NCBI RefSeq assembly: GCF_006345805.1
Contig: NC_042997.1
Span: 61,752,001 to 61,816,000, forward strand
DNA: 64,000 bases
Origin: Octopus sinensis
Lineage: Eukaryota
Direction: 5' to 3'
Under the pieces are notes generated by a model that was given only the letters and a program-made list of their open reading frames with translations, was not told the DNA's origin and did not search any database. Of this stretch, positions 49,298 through 61,793 are shown piece by piece (the first letter of the stretch is position 1; each line of letters starts with the position of its first letter). Both the position numbers and the translations under genes were made by a program.

Positions 49298-50424
49298 TAG
49301 TCCCCCACCCCGCACCATGTGAACTCTAAATGAGTAAACCAACAAGCAAAAGCATTCCATCAACGACCTTTACCATTTTACTTTTAGGCTACTGTACCAG
49401 AACTAACAATGTCCAACAGATCCTTTGTTTTCTAAAATGGTAGAAGGGGACTTGAGAAAGATCAGGCTGCTATTTCTTGCTGATTGACTGATCTTATAAT
49501 GGCTCCTGCTTTAGCTCATATCTAGGTTCATGCTCAGAGGATATAAAATAGATGCAGCAGAAGCTTATAGGCAGCTCTGGATCCCCATTAACATACCTGA
49601 ATGATTTGATAGTTGTATGCAAATGTAGGGTGGCAAGCTGGCAGAATCATTAGCACACTGGGCAAAATGCTTAGTGGTATTTTATCCATTTTCACATTCT
49701 AAGTTCAAATCCTGCCAAGGTTAACTTTGCCTTTCATCCTTTTGGGGTCGATAAAATAAGTACCGGTTGAACACTGGAGTCCGTGTATTTGACTTAACCC
49801 TCCCCCCAAATTGCTGGCCTTGTGCCAAAATTTGGAATCAATATTTTTGTCCTTGCATACAAGCATGTTCCCTGCATCCCTTTTCAGTTTAAATGATCTT
49901 AATTTTGTGGGCTCGTGGATGCTGATGCCACATAAAAAGCACTCATGTTGGTGCTGCATAAAAGCACCCAGTACACTCTGTAAAGCGGCTGGTGTTAGGA
50001 AGGGCATCGAGCTGTAGAAACCATGCCAAAACAGACATGGAGCCCAGGCAGCACTTCAGCTGGCCAGCCCCTGTCAGACCAGCCAACCAATGCCAGCATG
50101 GAAAATAGATATTAGATGATGATGAGGAGGAGGAGGAGGGGAGGAGGGGGCGGAGGAGGAGGAGGATTTATATTCAATTCTTTGGTAATCAGAATTAAGC
50201 GACCGACCTACGCAGCAGAATACTTAATGCTGATGTGAAACATTGATCTATAATTTGCAATGAATGACTTTATTATTTCTATTAAATTCTTATTTTTTAT
50301 CTTTTTTCTTATATCTTCTACTTGTTTCAGCCATTCTGGGGCACCAACATGATGTGTTTAGTTAAACAAATTGATGCCAGAACTCATTTTTTTAAAAAAT
50401 CTTGGCACTTACTCCATTGATCTT

Positions 50425-50588
50425 AAGGGAAGAGAATAAAAAAAGGTTTTTTTTTACAGTTTCTGTCACTGTGTGTGTAGCTCTTTTTTCTATTCCATAC
50501 TTGGCTCTTTCCGATACACAAGGGAAAAAAGAATTACACATATGACAACAGAAACTGTAAAAAAACTTTTTTTTTACTCTATTCCCTT
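50425..50588. repeat. ~165-bp foldback
   Basis: aagggaagagaataaaaaaagg(t)nacagtttctg pairs with cagaaactgtaaaaaaac(t)nactctattccctt. Confidence 0.75.
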
Positions 50589-50949
50589 TTTCTTTTCTCT
50601 CTCTTGTCTCCGTATTCTATAAAGCTCAATATGATCAAACTTTTAGTTATTTACATTTGTTATATTCTTTGCCAAACATTTATTTTGATATTATCTATAC
50701 CTGTGAAACTCATTGAATTTTATGTGAACATTTGACTGTTTAAACATGTTTATTTGATTTCTACTTCTTAATTTTAAACTCTGTTAAAATCCCCTTGTTT
50801 TATTTACATTTGTATAAATTTGTACCATTGATAAACAAAAAATTGTTGAAACTAGTTTGGTATGTATGTGAATAAATCTATTTAAAAACAACTATATGTT
50901 TTTCAAATTCAGATGCATTTTCAAACCACAAAAACAAATTGTCCTGGCT

Positions 50950-50985
50950 GAAGGGGCCAAATCAGGAGAATAGGGAGGGGCATCA
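50950..50985 (-). pseudogene. Tiny mariner transposase remnant
   Basis: Minus strand encodes PYSPDLAP. Confidence 0.5.
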
Positions 50986-51079
50986 TAGAAACTGGTTTTG
51001 TTTTAAAACTAGAATAATTTCTTAAAATTCAACTGAAAATTTATTAAAAATCTTCAAATTTCTACAGACAAATTATATC

Positions 51080-52320
51080 ATCTTTTATGCCTAATTTCCC
51101 ATGAATCTGCATTTGGATGATTTTCTTGAGTGCTGAACCTCAGGAAGCTTGCAAGCCAAGTTCTAGCAAGTGTCTGTTATCATATGCAAGTCCCGTCTAC
51201 CTTGATACCTTTGTTCCATTTTATACCCTGATAGAAATATTTTCTCTGTTCATTGCTTATGTCACCAAGATTGACAGGGAATTTATCATGGTGACTGTGC
51301 AAGCTTTATGCTCATTTTTGCTCCAATCTTTTGAAAGTTCTCCAGCAAGGTGTTGACTATTTCAGCATAGTTGGCAGCTTTCTTGTTGCCCAGAAAGATA
51401 TTTACAATTACTACAAATGAATTCCATGCTGCTACTGCAATGCAATTCATTGAATTTACAAAGTTCCCATCTTCCATCAATTTTCTGATTTGCCACCCAT
51501 TAAATACTCCAGCTTTTATCTTTCCATTGCTCAGACTGGGAAATCGCCTGCAGATATAGTGAAAGCATGGTCCTTATTTATCCAGAGTTTTAAGAAGCTG
51601 CTTCATAATGCCAAGTTTGATATGGAGTGAAAGTGGGATGATTTTTCCCAGTTAAACTAAAGGCTCTTCAATCACGTTAAAAGACCCTGAAACTAATGTT
51701 TGCTGCAGCTATTCTTTGATCATCTATTTTCTTCCCTGGCTCTGCTGTCCCACATACATAAAAAGCATGGATATTTGACGTATCCACTTTATTGCGCCAG
51801 GAGAAAATTAACCATCTTAAAGTCCATGCATATCATCCACAAATGATATCCACAATTGGTGGAATTAGGGTATCTTAAAATCTAGACATGATATTAAAAA
51901 ATGGACTCCATTTTGGGAGTTAGCATATCAAAAAACTTTCAAATTGGGTTAAAATATCCTGACAACAAATAGCTGCTTTGTAATGCCAAGTTTGACATGG
52001 AGTGGAGGTAAGATGTTTTTTCTCAGTTGAACTAAAGGCTCTTTGATCACATGAAAAAGCCCTGGAACTAATGTTTGCTGCAACCATTCTTTGATCATTT
52101 AATGTTCTTCCCTGACTATGTTGTCTCACATACATAAAATGCATGGATATTTGGTGTATCCACTTTGTTGCCCCAGGAGAAAATTGACCATCTTAAAGTC
52201 CATGTATATCACCCACAGATGATATGTATGAATGGTGGAGTTAAAATATCCTGACAACTAAATACCTGTTGGATTGTGTAATTTAAAATTTTCACTTTTT
52301 TATTTTTAAAAAACGTTTTC
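51080..52320 (-). pseudogene. Chapaev3 (CMC)-like transposase fossil with internal duplication
   Basis: DFKMVNFLLGQQSGYTKYPC; LHIKLGIMKQ; KIKAGVFNGWQIRKLM; AWNSFV..FLGNKKAANY; MSIKL..HSHHDKFPVNLGDISNEQ. Confidence 0.7.
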
Positions 52321-52434
52321 AATCAATGAACTTCCCCGTGATGCCATGCAGTGGGACTGAACCGAAGATCAATGACTGGGAAGAAAGCTTCTTAACCACA
52401 TATCTTCTTTAACACACAAATATTTCTATTGTAT

Positions 52435-52961
52435 AAACTCTACTTGTGAAGACCTGTTGAGGCAAGTGAGGATCAGAATCGAAATCGATCAATGGAAATT
52501 GCAGATGTGTTACCAGTGCCGGTGGCATGTCGAAACTCTACTTGTGAAGACCCGTTGAGGCAAGTGAGGATCAGAATGGAAATCGATCAATGGAAATTGC
52601 AGATGTGTTACCAGTGCCGGTGGCATGTAAGAGAACCTTCCGTTTCGCGACCGTTGCCAGCACCGCCCCGTTTCGTGTCCGTTGCCAGCCTCACCTGGCC
52701 CTCGTGCCGGTGGCACATAAAAAACACCATCCGTTCGTGGCCGTTTGCCAGCTCTGTCTGGCACCTGTGCGGGTGGCACATAAAAAGCACCCACTACACT
52801 CATGGAGTGGTTGGCGCTAGGAAGGGCATCCAGCCGTAGAAACACTGCCAGATTTGACTGGGCCTGATGAAGCCTTCTGGCTTCACAGACCCCAGTAGAA
52901 CCGTCCAACCCATGCTAGCATGGAAAACGGACGCTAAACGACGATGATGATGATGATGATG
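52435..52961 (+). mobile_element. Young RTE 3'UTR copy ending in (GAT)n
   Basis: Nearly identical to 58574-59114. Older tail copies lie at about 49910-50125, 56690-56930, 59620-59870 (-) and 62430-62580. Confidence 0.85.
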
Positions 52962-54499
52962 AAAGATATTTACTCACAAGTGCCCATAAAAAATGAAGTC
53001 TTAAAATTTCACTGTATTTAGATTAAATGTTATGGTAAACTTTCATAATCTGGAAGAGAAGGACAGTATGCAACTGTCAACTACAGGTGTTGACTACCTA
53101 CTGAACATTTCATATGAACTCGCCAGTCAGATGCTTCCTGGCGAGTTCATGTCCAAACATGTAGGGGCAGGTTTTGCATTGTGAAAATGCAACCAGAGGT
53201 ATACATGTGTTAAGGGATGTCATTTTTTATATATCCCCCATTTTTCATATGTAAATACCCTATTATACAAACTCCTTTTATATACTACTTAGTCTAATCA
53301 GATTTGTTTAAATACTGATATGTTTATACACACATACATATAAATGTATATATATACCTGTGTACACATGATTATCAGATTTAATGGACAATTTGTGTGC
53401 ATGCATCTATTCAACAAGCCAAGAGATGTACTTTACCCTTATGTTTGTAACCATTTTGTATTTTTATTTTTTTAAATGTCATAGTTAGTATAAATCTTTA
53501 ATATTGGATCATTACTACAGTCTCACATTAAGAGATTTAAGATTGAAGGTGATCATGAGAATAAGCAGCCTATATCAAATTTCAATACACTATCTGTATA
53601 GTATTTGACCTGAAGACAATGCAAATGTTTTTGAGTATGATGACCCAATTACACACACCAAGGCAACTAATGTTTTTATTACTGCCCTCTCTTTGATTTC
53701 TGGCCATTGCTTATCCCTTCCTGTCTTCAGTCTTCCATCCCATGCTTCCCCTCCTCAATTCTTTCCCTTCCTTTTCTTTTTTCTCTTCTCTTTAGTTTTT
53801 CTTTTTCAGCTCACCACTTTACTCCCCATTTTCTCTTTATCTCTCTTCTACTCAACTTATACTTATTGCCTTTCTTTACTTTCCTTCCCATACCTGTATC
53901 GTTCATTTATGATTAGTCTGCTTGGTTTTCACCAGAAACTAATGAGGATAGCATTAGTTCTTTAAGCCTTTCATTACCATATTCATTTTGAGATGCTGTG
54001 TATTTCTTCCAATTAATTTGAAATATAACAAAGGATTTAGTAAAATAACTTTGTCATCATTAAGCTAATATTAGGAACATAAACTGCGACTAAGGTTTGA
54101 TGGAAGACTTTAATGCAAAACTTATGCAAACAAGACATTTGTACTACAGAGCTAGAGGCGGTTTCGGGTTGGTTGGTATCAAAAGGGTTAATTTTTCTCA
54201 ACTAGCCAATGGAGTGATTGAATAAAACAATCAATGAATGAACTTATAAAGACTACCGGAAACAGCTGTAAGTCAAATTTGCTACAATAAAAGAATATAA
54301 TGTCTATTATTTATACTTTGTCTTGTATATCACTTTGTGCAAAAAACAAGTCTAACTGGAAATACAACTATGGATTTACAAAATAGAATGGTGATGAACT
54401 ATAACTTTGGAATACTGTTACAGGAATACTTTTAATATGTATAACCTCAAAGTAAATTACAGCTGTATGGACAATTTTGCCTCTTCTATAGTTTAAATT

Positions 54500-54880
54500 A
54501 AAAGACAGTATTAGCACCCCCTCCTCAGTGCAACTATCTTAACAAGAGTACATGTCCTCTACATGGTAAATATCTTGAAATTATTAATGTTTGCTGTACC
54601 AAAGTTTTTACCAGTGATAAAAGCAATGACACAGCATTATATAAGCCTTACTGGAAACTCATTCAAATCAAGGTATACTCAGCATATACTCATGTTTAGA
54701 GGTAAAGATAAAATATCTTCAACAACACTTTCAAAATAAGTTTGGAGTGAGGCAGCTCCAACTATAAAATTAAATAGTCTTTTATCAAACCTATTCCTGA
54801 TTACATTAGAGACAACAAGTGCTACCCCTGCTTGTCTGAAAATTTAACTCATACTATCCCTTAAGCTATTATATTCTAAA
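54500..54880 (+). pseudogene. Penelope-like GIY-YIG relic (lineage 2)
   Basis: CNYLNKSTCPLHGK..HYISLTGNSFKSRYTQH..TTLSK*VW..KCYPCLSE. Confidence 0.72.
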
Positions 54881-56089
54881 TCAGAGTTGATTTCTTCATG
54901 TCCTCACTAAAGGAAGCTTCTTCTAAAATTCGTCAAACTACCAACTGGATGATACTGTACTTGCTCTTACTATCTCTGGAATCTATCACATTGTCTACTT
55001 CTTTAGCCTCCGCCCTCAATACTTTCATCTCTTTATCTACAGTTCTCTGTCTTGCACAACATATTGCCATGTCAGGCTCAAACATTTATACATCTGATAT
55101 ATACTACATTACCCACTAACAAATATCATGTTTCTTCATAATATAGTGTAATTGTACTTCATTTAAAATATGGTTTATATGCAGTCTTTGTACTTCATAT
55201 GATCCATATTTTTTATATATCCCCCATTTTTATATGTAAATACCCTATTATACAAACTCCTTTTATAGACAACTTAGTCCAATCAGATTTGCTTAAATAC
55301 TGATATGTTTATACACGCATACATATAAATGTATATATATATATACCTGTGTGCACATAATTATCAGATTTAATGGACAATTTGTGTGCATTTATCTATT
55401 CAACAAGCCAAGAGATGTACTTTACCCTTATGTTTGTAACCATTTTGTATTTTTATTTTTAAAGTTTTCAATTTCCTAATTTTTAACTCATAATTTCCAT
55501 TCAAATTATTTTATTTCACTTTATAATGTAATACAGTAATAATGTTCAGTATGTTCAGATTTGCACACACTTACTCTCATGTATATACACCCATGTATAT
55601 ACATGTATGTATGTATGTATGTATGTATGTATGTATGTATGTATGTGTGAGTGTGTGTATTTGTGTATGTATGCATATGTGTATATTTATATACAGAATA
55701 AAGTTTTTTATTCCTTTTATTCTTAGAGATTTTGTATAAAAGTCTATAGCAATAATGAGCTGGTGGAAGTGATATCTAATATGTAATGTATGCAAATTAA
55801 TGATATCATATATGCGTATTTGTATGTGAAATTTTCTAGAATGATACTGTGTTTGTAAGTGTGTATATGCATGTGTGTACAAGTGAGTAGGGCATGACAG
55901 AATTAGTTGGGTATCGAACAAAAACATTTTGTAAGCATCTGGTTACATCCCTTTGCTCTCTGGTTGACATTACTTCTCATTTGAAATCAATAAAATAAGT
56001 ACCAAAACAAAGTACTAGGTTCAATATAACTGATTAAACTCTTTAAAGGCAGTGCCCAGCTGTGTATGCATTCCAATGACTAAACCCTT

Positions 56090-56420
56090 ATCTCCACCAT
56101 CACCCTTATTATCATTTTACCTCTGTTTTGCCATGCTTGCTTGGGTTGGGTGGTCTTCTCAAGCACAGCATTTTGCCATGAGTTACAATCCTATATAACT
56201 TCTTTCCTGAGGTTCATCACTTCTCCCCATGTCTTCCTTTGTCTTATTCCACTGCAAGTTCCTTCCACATAGATTACTTGGCACTTCTTTATCCAGATGA
56301 CACCTTCTATAGCAGGGCTTCCCAAAGTGAACAATATCCACCCTCACTCCTCTGAGGGTATGGGTGTGTGGAAATATCAAGATAGGCAATAATGGGGTGG
56401 CCAAAACATGTGATGAATGT
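56090..56420 (-). mobile_element. RTE LINE ORF end plus tail relic
   Basis: The minus strand ends in gacccacccaacccaagcaagcatggcaaaacagaggtaaaatgat, the same tail family as above. Confidence 0.6.
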
Positions 56421-58369
56421 AAAAACAACAACATAATGGGTTAATTAGGTTGAGTTTTATTTGTAAAATATAGTTGTTTCGAATTTGTTGCAAAAAGTGG
56501 GCTATGTTTGTGGTGGGGGTGAGTTGGCAGGGGTGGGGCACTAGGAATGTGGCCTAAGTGCCAGTGGGTGGGGGCAACCGCTTGAAAACATTTAGGAGCC
56601 ACTGTTCTATGATCATCACATGTTTATACTAATGCAATCTTCTAAAATCTCTCTAACACACCACATCAAAATTCTCTATTATATACAAGTCAAGTGAGAT
56701 CACAGTGATGGCTGATGCCAGTGTTTCATAACTGGCACCAATACCAGTGGCACATAAAAAACACCCACTACATTCTCAAAATGGTTGGTGTTACGAAGGG
56801 CATCCAGCTGTAGAAACCATGCCAAATCAGATTGGAACCTGATGCAGCTCCCAAGCTTTCCAGTTAACACTCAAACCATCTAACCCATGCCAGCATAGAA
56901 AACAATGAACATTAAATGATGATGATGAAGATACAGTTTTTCTCAGCTCATTTGTATTCCATCATTCATACACACTAACTTTATACCTCCAGAGGTGCAT
57001 GTGTATTTTATTTTTTTCCACCTTTCATACATCCATCCTCTGCATTTGACACCCATCTTTTACTCCTTTGTAGTATCACCTTTCATACAAATGTATTATA
57101 CAATCTACTCCTATAGTTGTCAGAAGAGGTAATTAACAGATTCCTGAACGTTTTCAAACTCCTTCTTAACACTGGCTTATATGTTTTCAAAACACCCTCC
57201 TCCACATCTAATTAGGTCACCTAGATTACAAAGGATTCTCCTGAGCATTTGAAAAAAACTTGTTTCATGATTGCTACTACTGTTAACTTCTCCTCAATTA
57301 CATGTGAAGCCTTTCTTCTCTGGTAGTCAGTCTGTGATCACACTACATCTTGTGCACCCATAGTTTACATCAAGTATACTGTGTGATGATGACAATACTT
57401 ATATACACATGCACACACAGACATGTATATACACACATACATGCAATCTCTCAGCCACACATACATATTTAGAGATGAAGACTTAACTATGATGTAATTA
57501 AGAATTTCTCTTTCCAAAACCATGTGTTTCCGAGTTCAACCCTACTGTGCAACTCTTGGGGCAAATATCTTTTGTTTATAAACTCAATTTAACCAATGCT
57601 TTGTAAGTGGAATTTGGAAGATACAAACTACTTGGAAAGTGGAGATAAAAGGACAATGAGGATTACAAAAACTACCAACTACTAAAGATTTTCTTGATCA
57701 TTTGAAAGAATTATTTCATGATTGCTGCTACTGTTAACTACTCCTCTATTACATATGAAGCCTTTCTTCTGTTAGTCAGTCTGTGATCCCATTGTACACC
57801 TTGTGCAGCAATAATTTACATCAAACACTGTTTTCTTATCTACTGCTTTTCTTTATGTCAAGTTTGGTCACTTCCCAGTTGAGAGTAGAAGCCTGTTTCT
57901 TTACATACTAATTGAAACATTTATCTTTTGTTAAAGTTTACTCTAAGACCTCTTAATTCTAGGCTTTTGCTTCTACATTTGGAATTTCTTGACTAAATTT
58001 TTACCAGATTTTTCTATGAGAACTATTTTATTGACATATGGAAATCCCACAGATAAACCATTTTGAATTTTCTTATGGCCAGGAGGATCACTCTACCCCA
58101 CCACCCGGAAACACACACATAAACATACACCAACGTGCTCATACACACATGCACATACACCATCATCATCAATGTTATTTAAATCCACTTTCCATGTAGT
58201 TTGTATCTCCCAAATTCCACTTATTAAAGCATTGGTTAAATTGAGGTTACAAGTAGAAGATACCTGCCCAAAGAGTTGCACAATGGGTTTAAATTCAGAA
58301 ACACATGGTTTTGCAAAGAGAAGTTCTTAATTACATCATGGCTAAGTCTTCATCTTTAAATATGTATGT

Positions 58370-59114
58370 ACATGTGGTTGAGAGATTGTGGGACGAGGTG
58401 GTGAAGCACGACCTTCGAACTTTAGGTCTCACTGAGGAAATGACTAGAGACCGAGACCTCTGGAAGTGTGCTGTGCGCGAGAAGACCCGGCAGGACAAGT
58501 GAGTCCACAACCCGTGGCCTTCTACATGGGATGGAGCCAGCCTACGTATGCATACCTTCCCTTCTTGGGACACAAAACTCTACTTGTGAAGACGTGTTGA
58601 GGCAAGTGAGGATCAGAATCGAAATCGATCAATGGAAATTGCGGATGTGCTACCAGTGCCGGTGGCATGTCGAAACTCTGCTTGTGAAGACCCATTGAGG
58701 CAAGTGAGGATCAGAATGGAAATCGATCAATGGAAATCGATCAATGGAAATTGCAGATGTGTTACCAGTGCCGGTGGCATGTAAGAGAACTTTCCGTTTC
58801 GCGACCGTTGCCAGCACCGCCCCGTTTCGTGTCCGTTGCCAGCCTCGCCTGGCCCTCGTGCCGGTGGCACATAAAAAGCACCATCCGTTCGTGGCCGTTT
58901 GCCAGCTCTGTCTGGCACCAGTGCGGGTGGCACGTAAAAAGCACCCACTACACTCACGGAGTGGTTGGCGTTAGGAAGGGCATCCAGCCGTAGAAACACT
59001 GCCAGATTTGACTGGGCCTGATGAAGCCTTCTGGCTTCACAGACCCCAGTAGAACCGTCCAACCCATGCTAGCATGGAAAACGGACGCTAAATGATGATG
59101 ATGATGATGATGAT
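58370..59114 (+). mobile_element. 5'-truncated RTE LINE: ORF end, ~600-bp 3'UTR, (GAT)n
   Basis: WDEVVKHDLRTLGLTEEMTRDRDLWKCAVREKTRQDK* followed by the UTR. Confidence 0.88.
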
Positions 59115-59295
59115 ACATGTCTGTGTGTGCACGTGTATATAAATATTATCATCATCATCCTCATCATTTAACATCCACCTTACATGCATATATATAAAAT
59201 ATAAATTAGAGAAAAACCACTATTACGCGATTCAAACAATAATAGACATAAACCAAATGATAAATAACAAATAAACAAGTTTGGAGTTATACTCC

Positions 59296-59330
<35 letters not shown>

Positions 59331-59334
<4 letters not shown>

Positions 59335-59446
59335 TTTATTTTAAGCAGCAGAAAATTCAACAAAATCTGTTACTCTGAGTTTCTCGTTAACGAGAAACTC
59401 AGAGTAACAGATTTTGTTGAATTTTCTGCCGCTTAAAATAAAGCAT
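59331..59446. repeat. 116-bp spacerless palindrome (2 mismatches), PLE-like inverted end
   Basis: Centre ...tttctcgtt|aacgagaaa... between 59388 and 59389. Confidence 0.92.
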
Positions 59447-60331
59447 ATTACTCTACCACTGGTATTTGAGTACTCTTTTTTCCACCTTGTTTCACATTTA
59501 TGTGTTTACTCCGGTATATATATATATATATATATATAAAAGCCATTTCTATTCATTTTTTTCAAATATATAATATTGTACCAATGACTTTCTATTTCTT
59601 ATTCTACTGTACATCATCATCATCATTTAACATCCATTTTCCATGCTGGCATGGGTTGGATGGTTTTTAATAAGGTTTGAAGAGTCACCAGCTGCACCAG
59701 GCTCCAATCTGATCTGGCAATGTTTCTACAGCTGGATGCCCTTCCTAGCACTAACCCTTCTAAGAATGTAGTGGGTGCTTTTTACGTGCCACCAGCACAG
59801 GAGCCAGTCAGGCAGGCAGGCCTGGCATCAATCACATTTGGATCTTTTTATGTGCGACTGGTACAGGGGCCAGTCAGCGGGTATTTCTTTTATTCTTTTA
59901 TACATTTCAGTCATTTAGCTGTGGCAATGCTGGAGCACCACCTTAAAGGGTTTTAGTTGAAGAAATCAACCTCAGAATTTATTCTTTGTAGGTCTAGTAT
60001 TTATTCTATCAGCCTCTTTTGCCGAACTGCTAAGTTACAGTGACATAAACACATCAGCATTAATTGTCAAGTGATGACAGGGGGACAAATACAGACACAC
60101 ACACATAAATATATACATTATATATATATATGGGCTTCTTTCAGTTTCCGTCTACCAAATCCACTCACAAGGCTTTGGTCAGCCTCAGGATATAGTAGAA
60201 AACACTTGCCCAAGGTGCCACACAGTGGGACTGAATCCAGAACCATGTGGTTGAGAAACAAGTTTCTTACCACACTGTCATGCTTGAGCCTATATATATA
60301 TAGATATATATATATATATAATATATATATA

Positions 60332-60373
<42 letters not shown>

Positions 60374-61576
60374 ATACATATATATATATATATATATAGT
60401 TAATCCAAACATGAAAACACAACAACGTGAGGACGTGAAACAAGTATAGTATTATTCGACGCTCAGGAAAGAAGGAAAGAAGGAGGGTTTAACGCTTCGA
60501 GCAGAGCTCTTCGTCAGAACATAGGAAAAGGAAAGATCCAAAGAAGGGAAGACGGAGGAAAAAAATCGCCAATGGTACACACGCGGTCACACACATACAT
60601 ATATATATATGCACACACATACACACATATGGTTTAGTTGATTGCACGTGTGTGTGTGAGTGAGTAAATAATACATCAATTAATTTCATGTTCGTGTGCA
60701 AGTTTCTACTCTGTCATAACTGATTTTTAGCACTGTCACAAGGCCACATAAGTGTAGGAGGGTGAGGGGATAAAAGTTGATTAAATCAAACTCTATTGAT
60801 GATTAGTTTCTTTATTTTATCAACTCCAGCAAGATAAAAAGAAAATTTGACCTTGATATGACTTGAGCTCAGAATATAATGTATAAACACTGTAAAAGTA
60901 TATTATTTATTTCATTTTTGTATTTGGTTTACAAGATTCTTGATGTGAATATGCACGTTGAAATGTATATTGCTGTATCTTAGGCGGGTCATTTTGCCAA
61001 TATTAAACACACATTGGTTCTGTTTCACTTCTTAGCAGGCTAGAGAAAATGTTTAGCAGTATTTCATCTGCCGCTACTTTCTGAGTTCAGATTCCACTGA
61101 GGTCAACTTTGCCTTTCATCCTTTCAAGGTCAATAAATTACGTACCAGTCAAGTACTGGGTCAATGTAATTGACTATCCCCCTCCCCACAAATTCCTGGC
61201 CTTGTGTCTATAGTAGAAAGGATTATTTTAAGTCACAATTCTTTTATTCTTCTACTTATTTTAGTCATTAGAATGTGGCCATGCTGGAGCACAGCCTTGA
61301 AGAATTTTAGTTGATTGAATCGACCCCAGTACTTTTTTTTAAAACCTGATACTTATTCTATCAGTCTCTTTTGCTGAACTGCTATGTTACAGGGACATAA
61401 ACACTCCAACACCAGTTGTTAAGTAATGGTGGGAACAAGCACACACACACACACACATACATGACAGGCTTCTTTCAGTTTCTGTCAAATACATCCGCTC
61501 ACAAGTCTTTGGTCAGCCAAGGTGCAATGCAATGGGACTGAACCTGGAACCATGTTGTTGGGAAGCTAGTTTCTTA

Positions 61577-61793
61577 TTTCTTTATTGCCCACAAGGGAAT
61601 AAACAAGGACAGACAAAGGGACTAAGTCGATTACCTCGACCCCAGTGTGTAACTGGTACTTTATTTATCAACTCTGAAAGGATGAAAGGCAAAGTCAACC
61701 TCGGCAGAATTTGAACTCAGAATGTAACGGCAGATGAAATGCTGCTAAGTATTTCGCCCGGCGTGCTAACGATTCTGCCAGCTCACTGCCTAA
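61577..61793 (-). mobile_element. SINE B nested in SINE A with a 15-bp target-site duplication
   Basis: gaagctagtttctta at 61562-61576 and 61794-61808. Confidence 0.9.

Noticed and set aside
52492-52908. Overlapping 115-132 aa ORFs repeated at 58727-59062
   Set aside because: They lie in the GC-richer RTE 3'UTR downstream of the true stop; open frames on both strands reflect composition.
56505-56580. G-quadruplex or regulatory element
   Set aside because: G-runs are present but probably lie within a decayed MITE, and there is no functional evidence.
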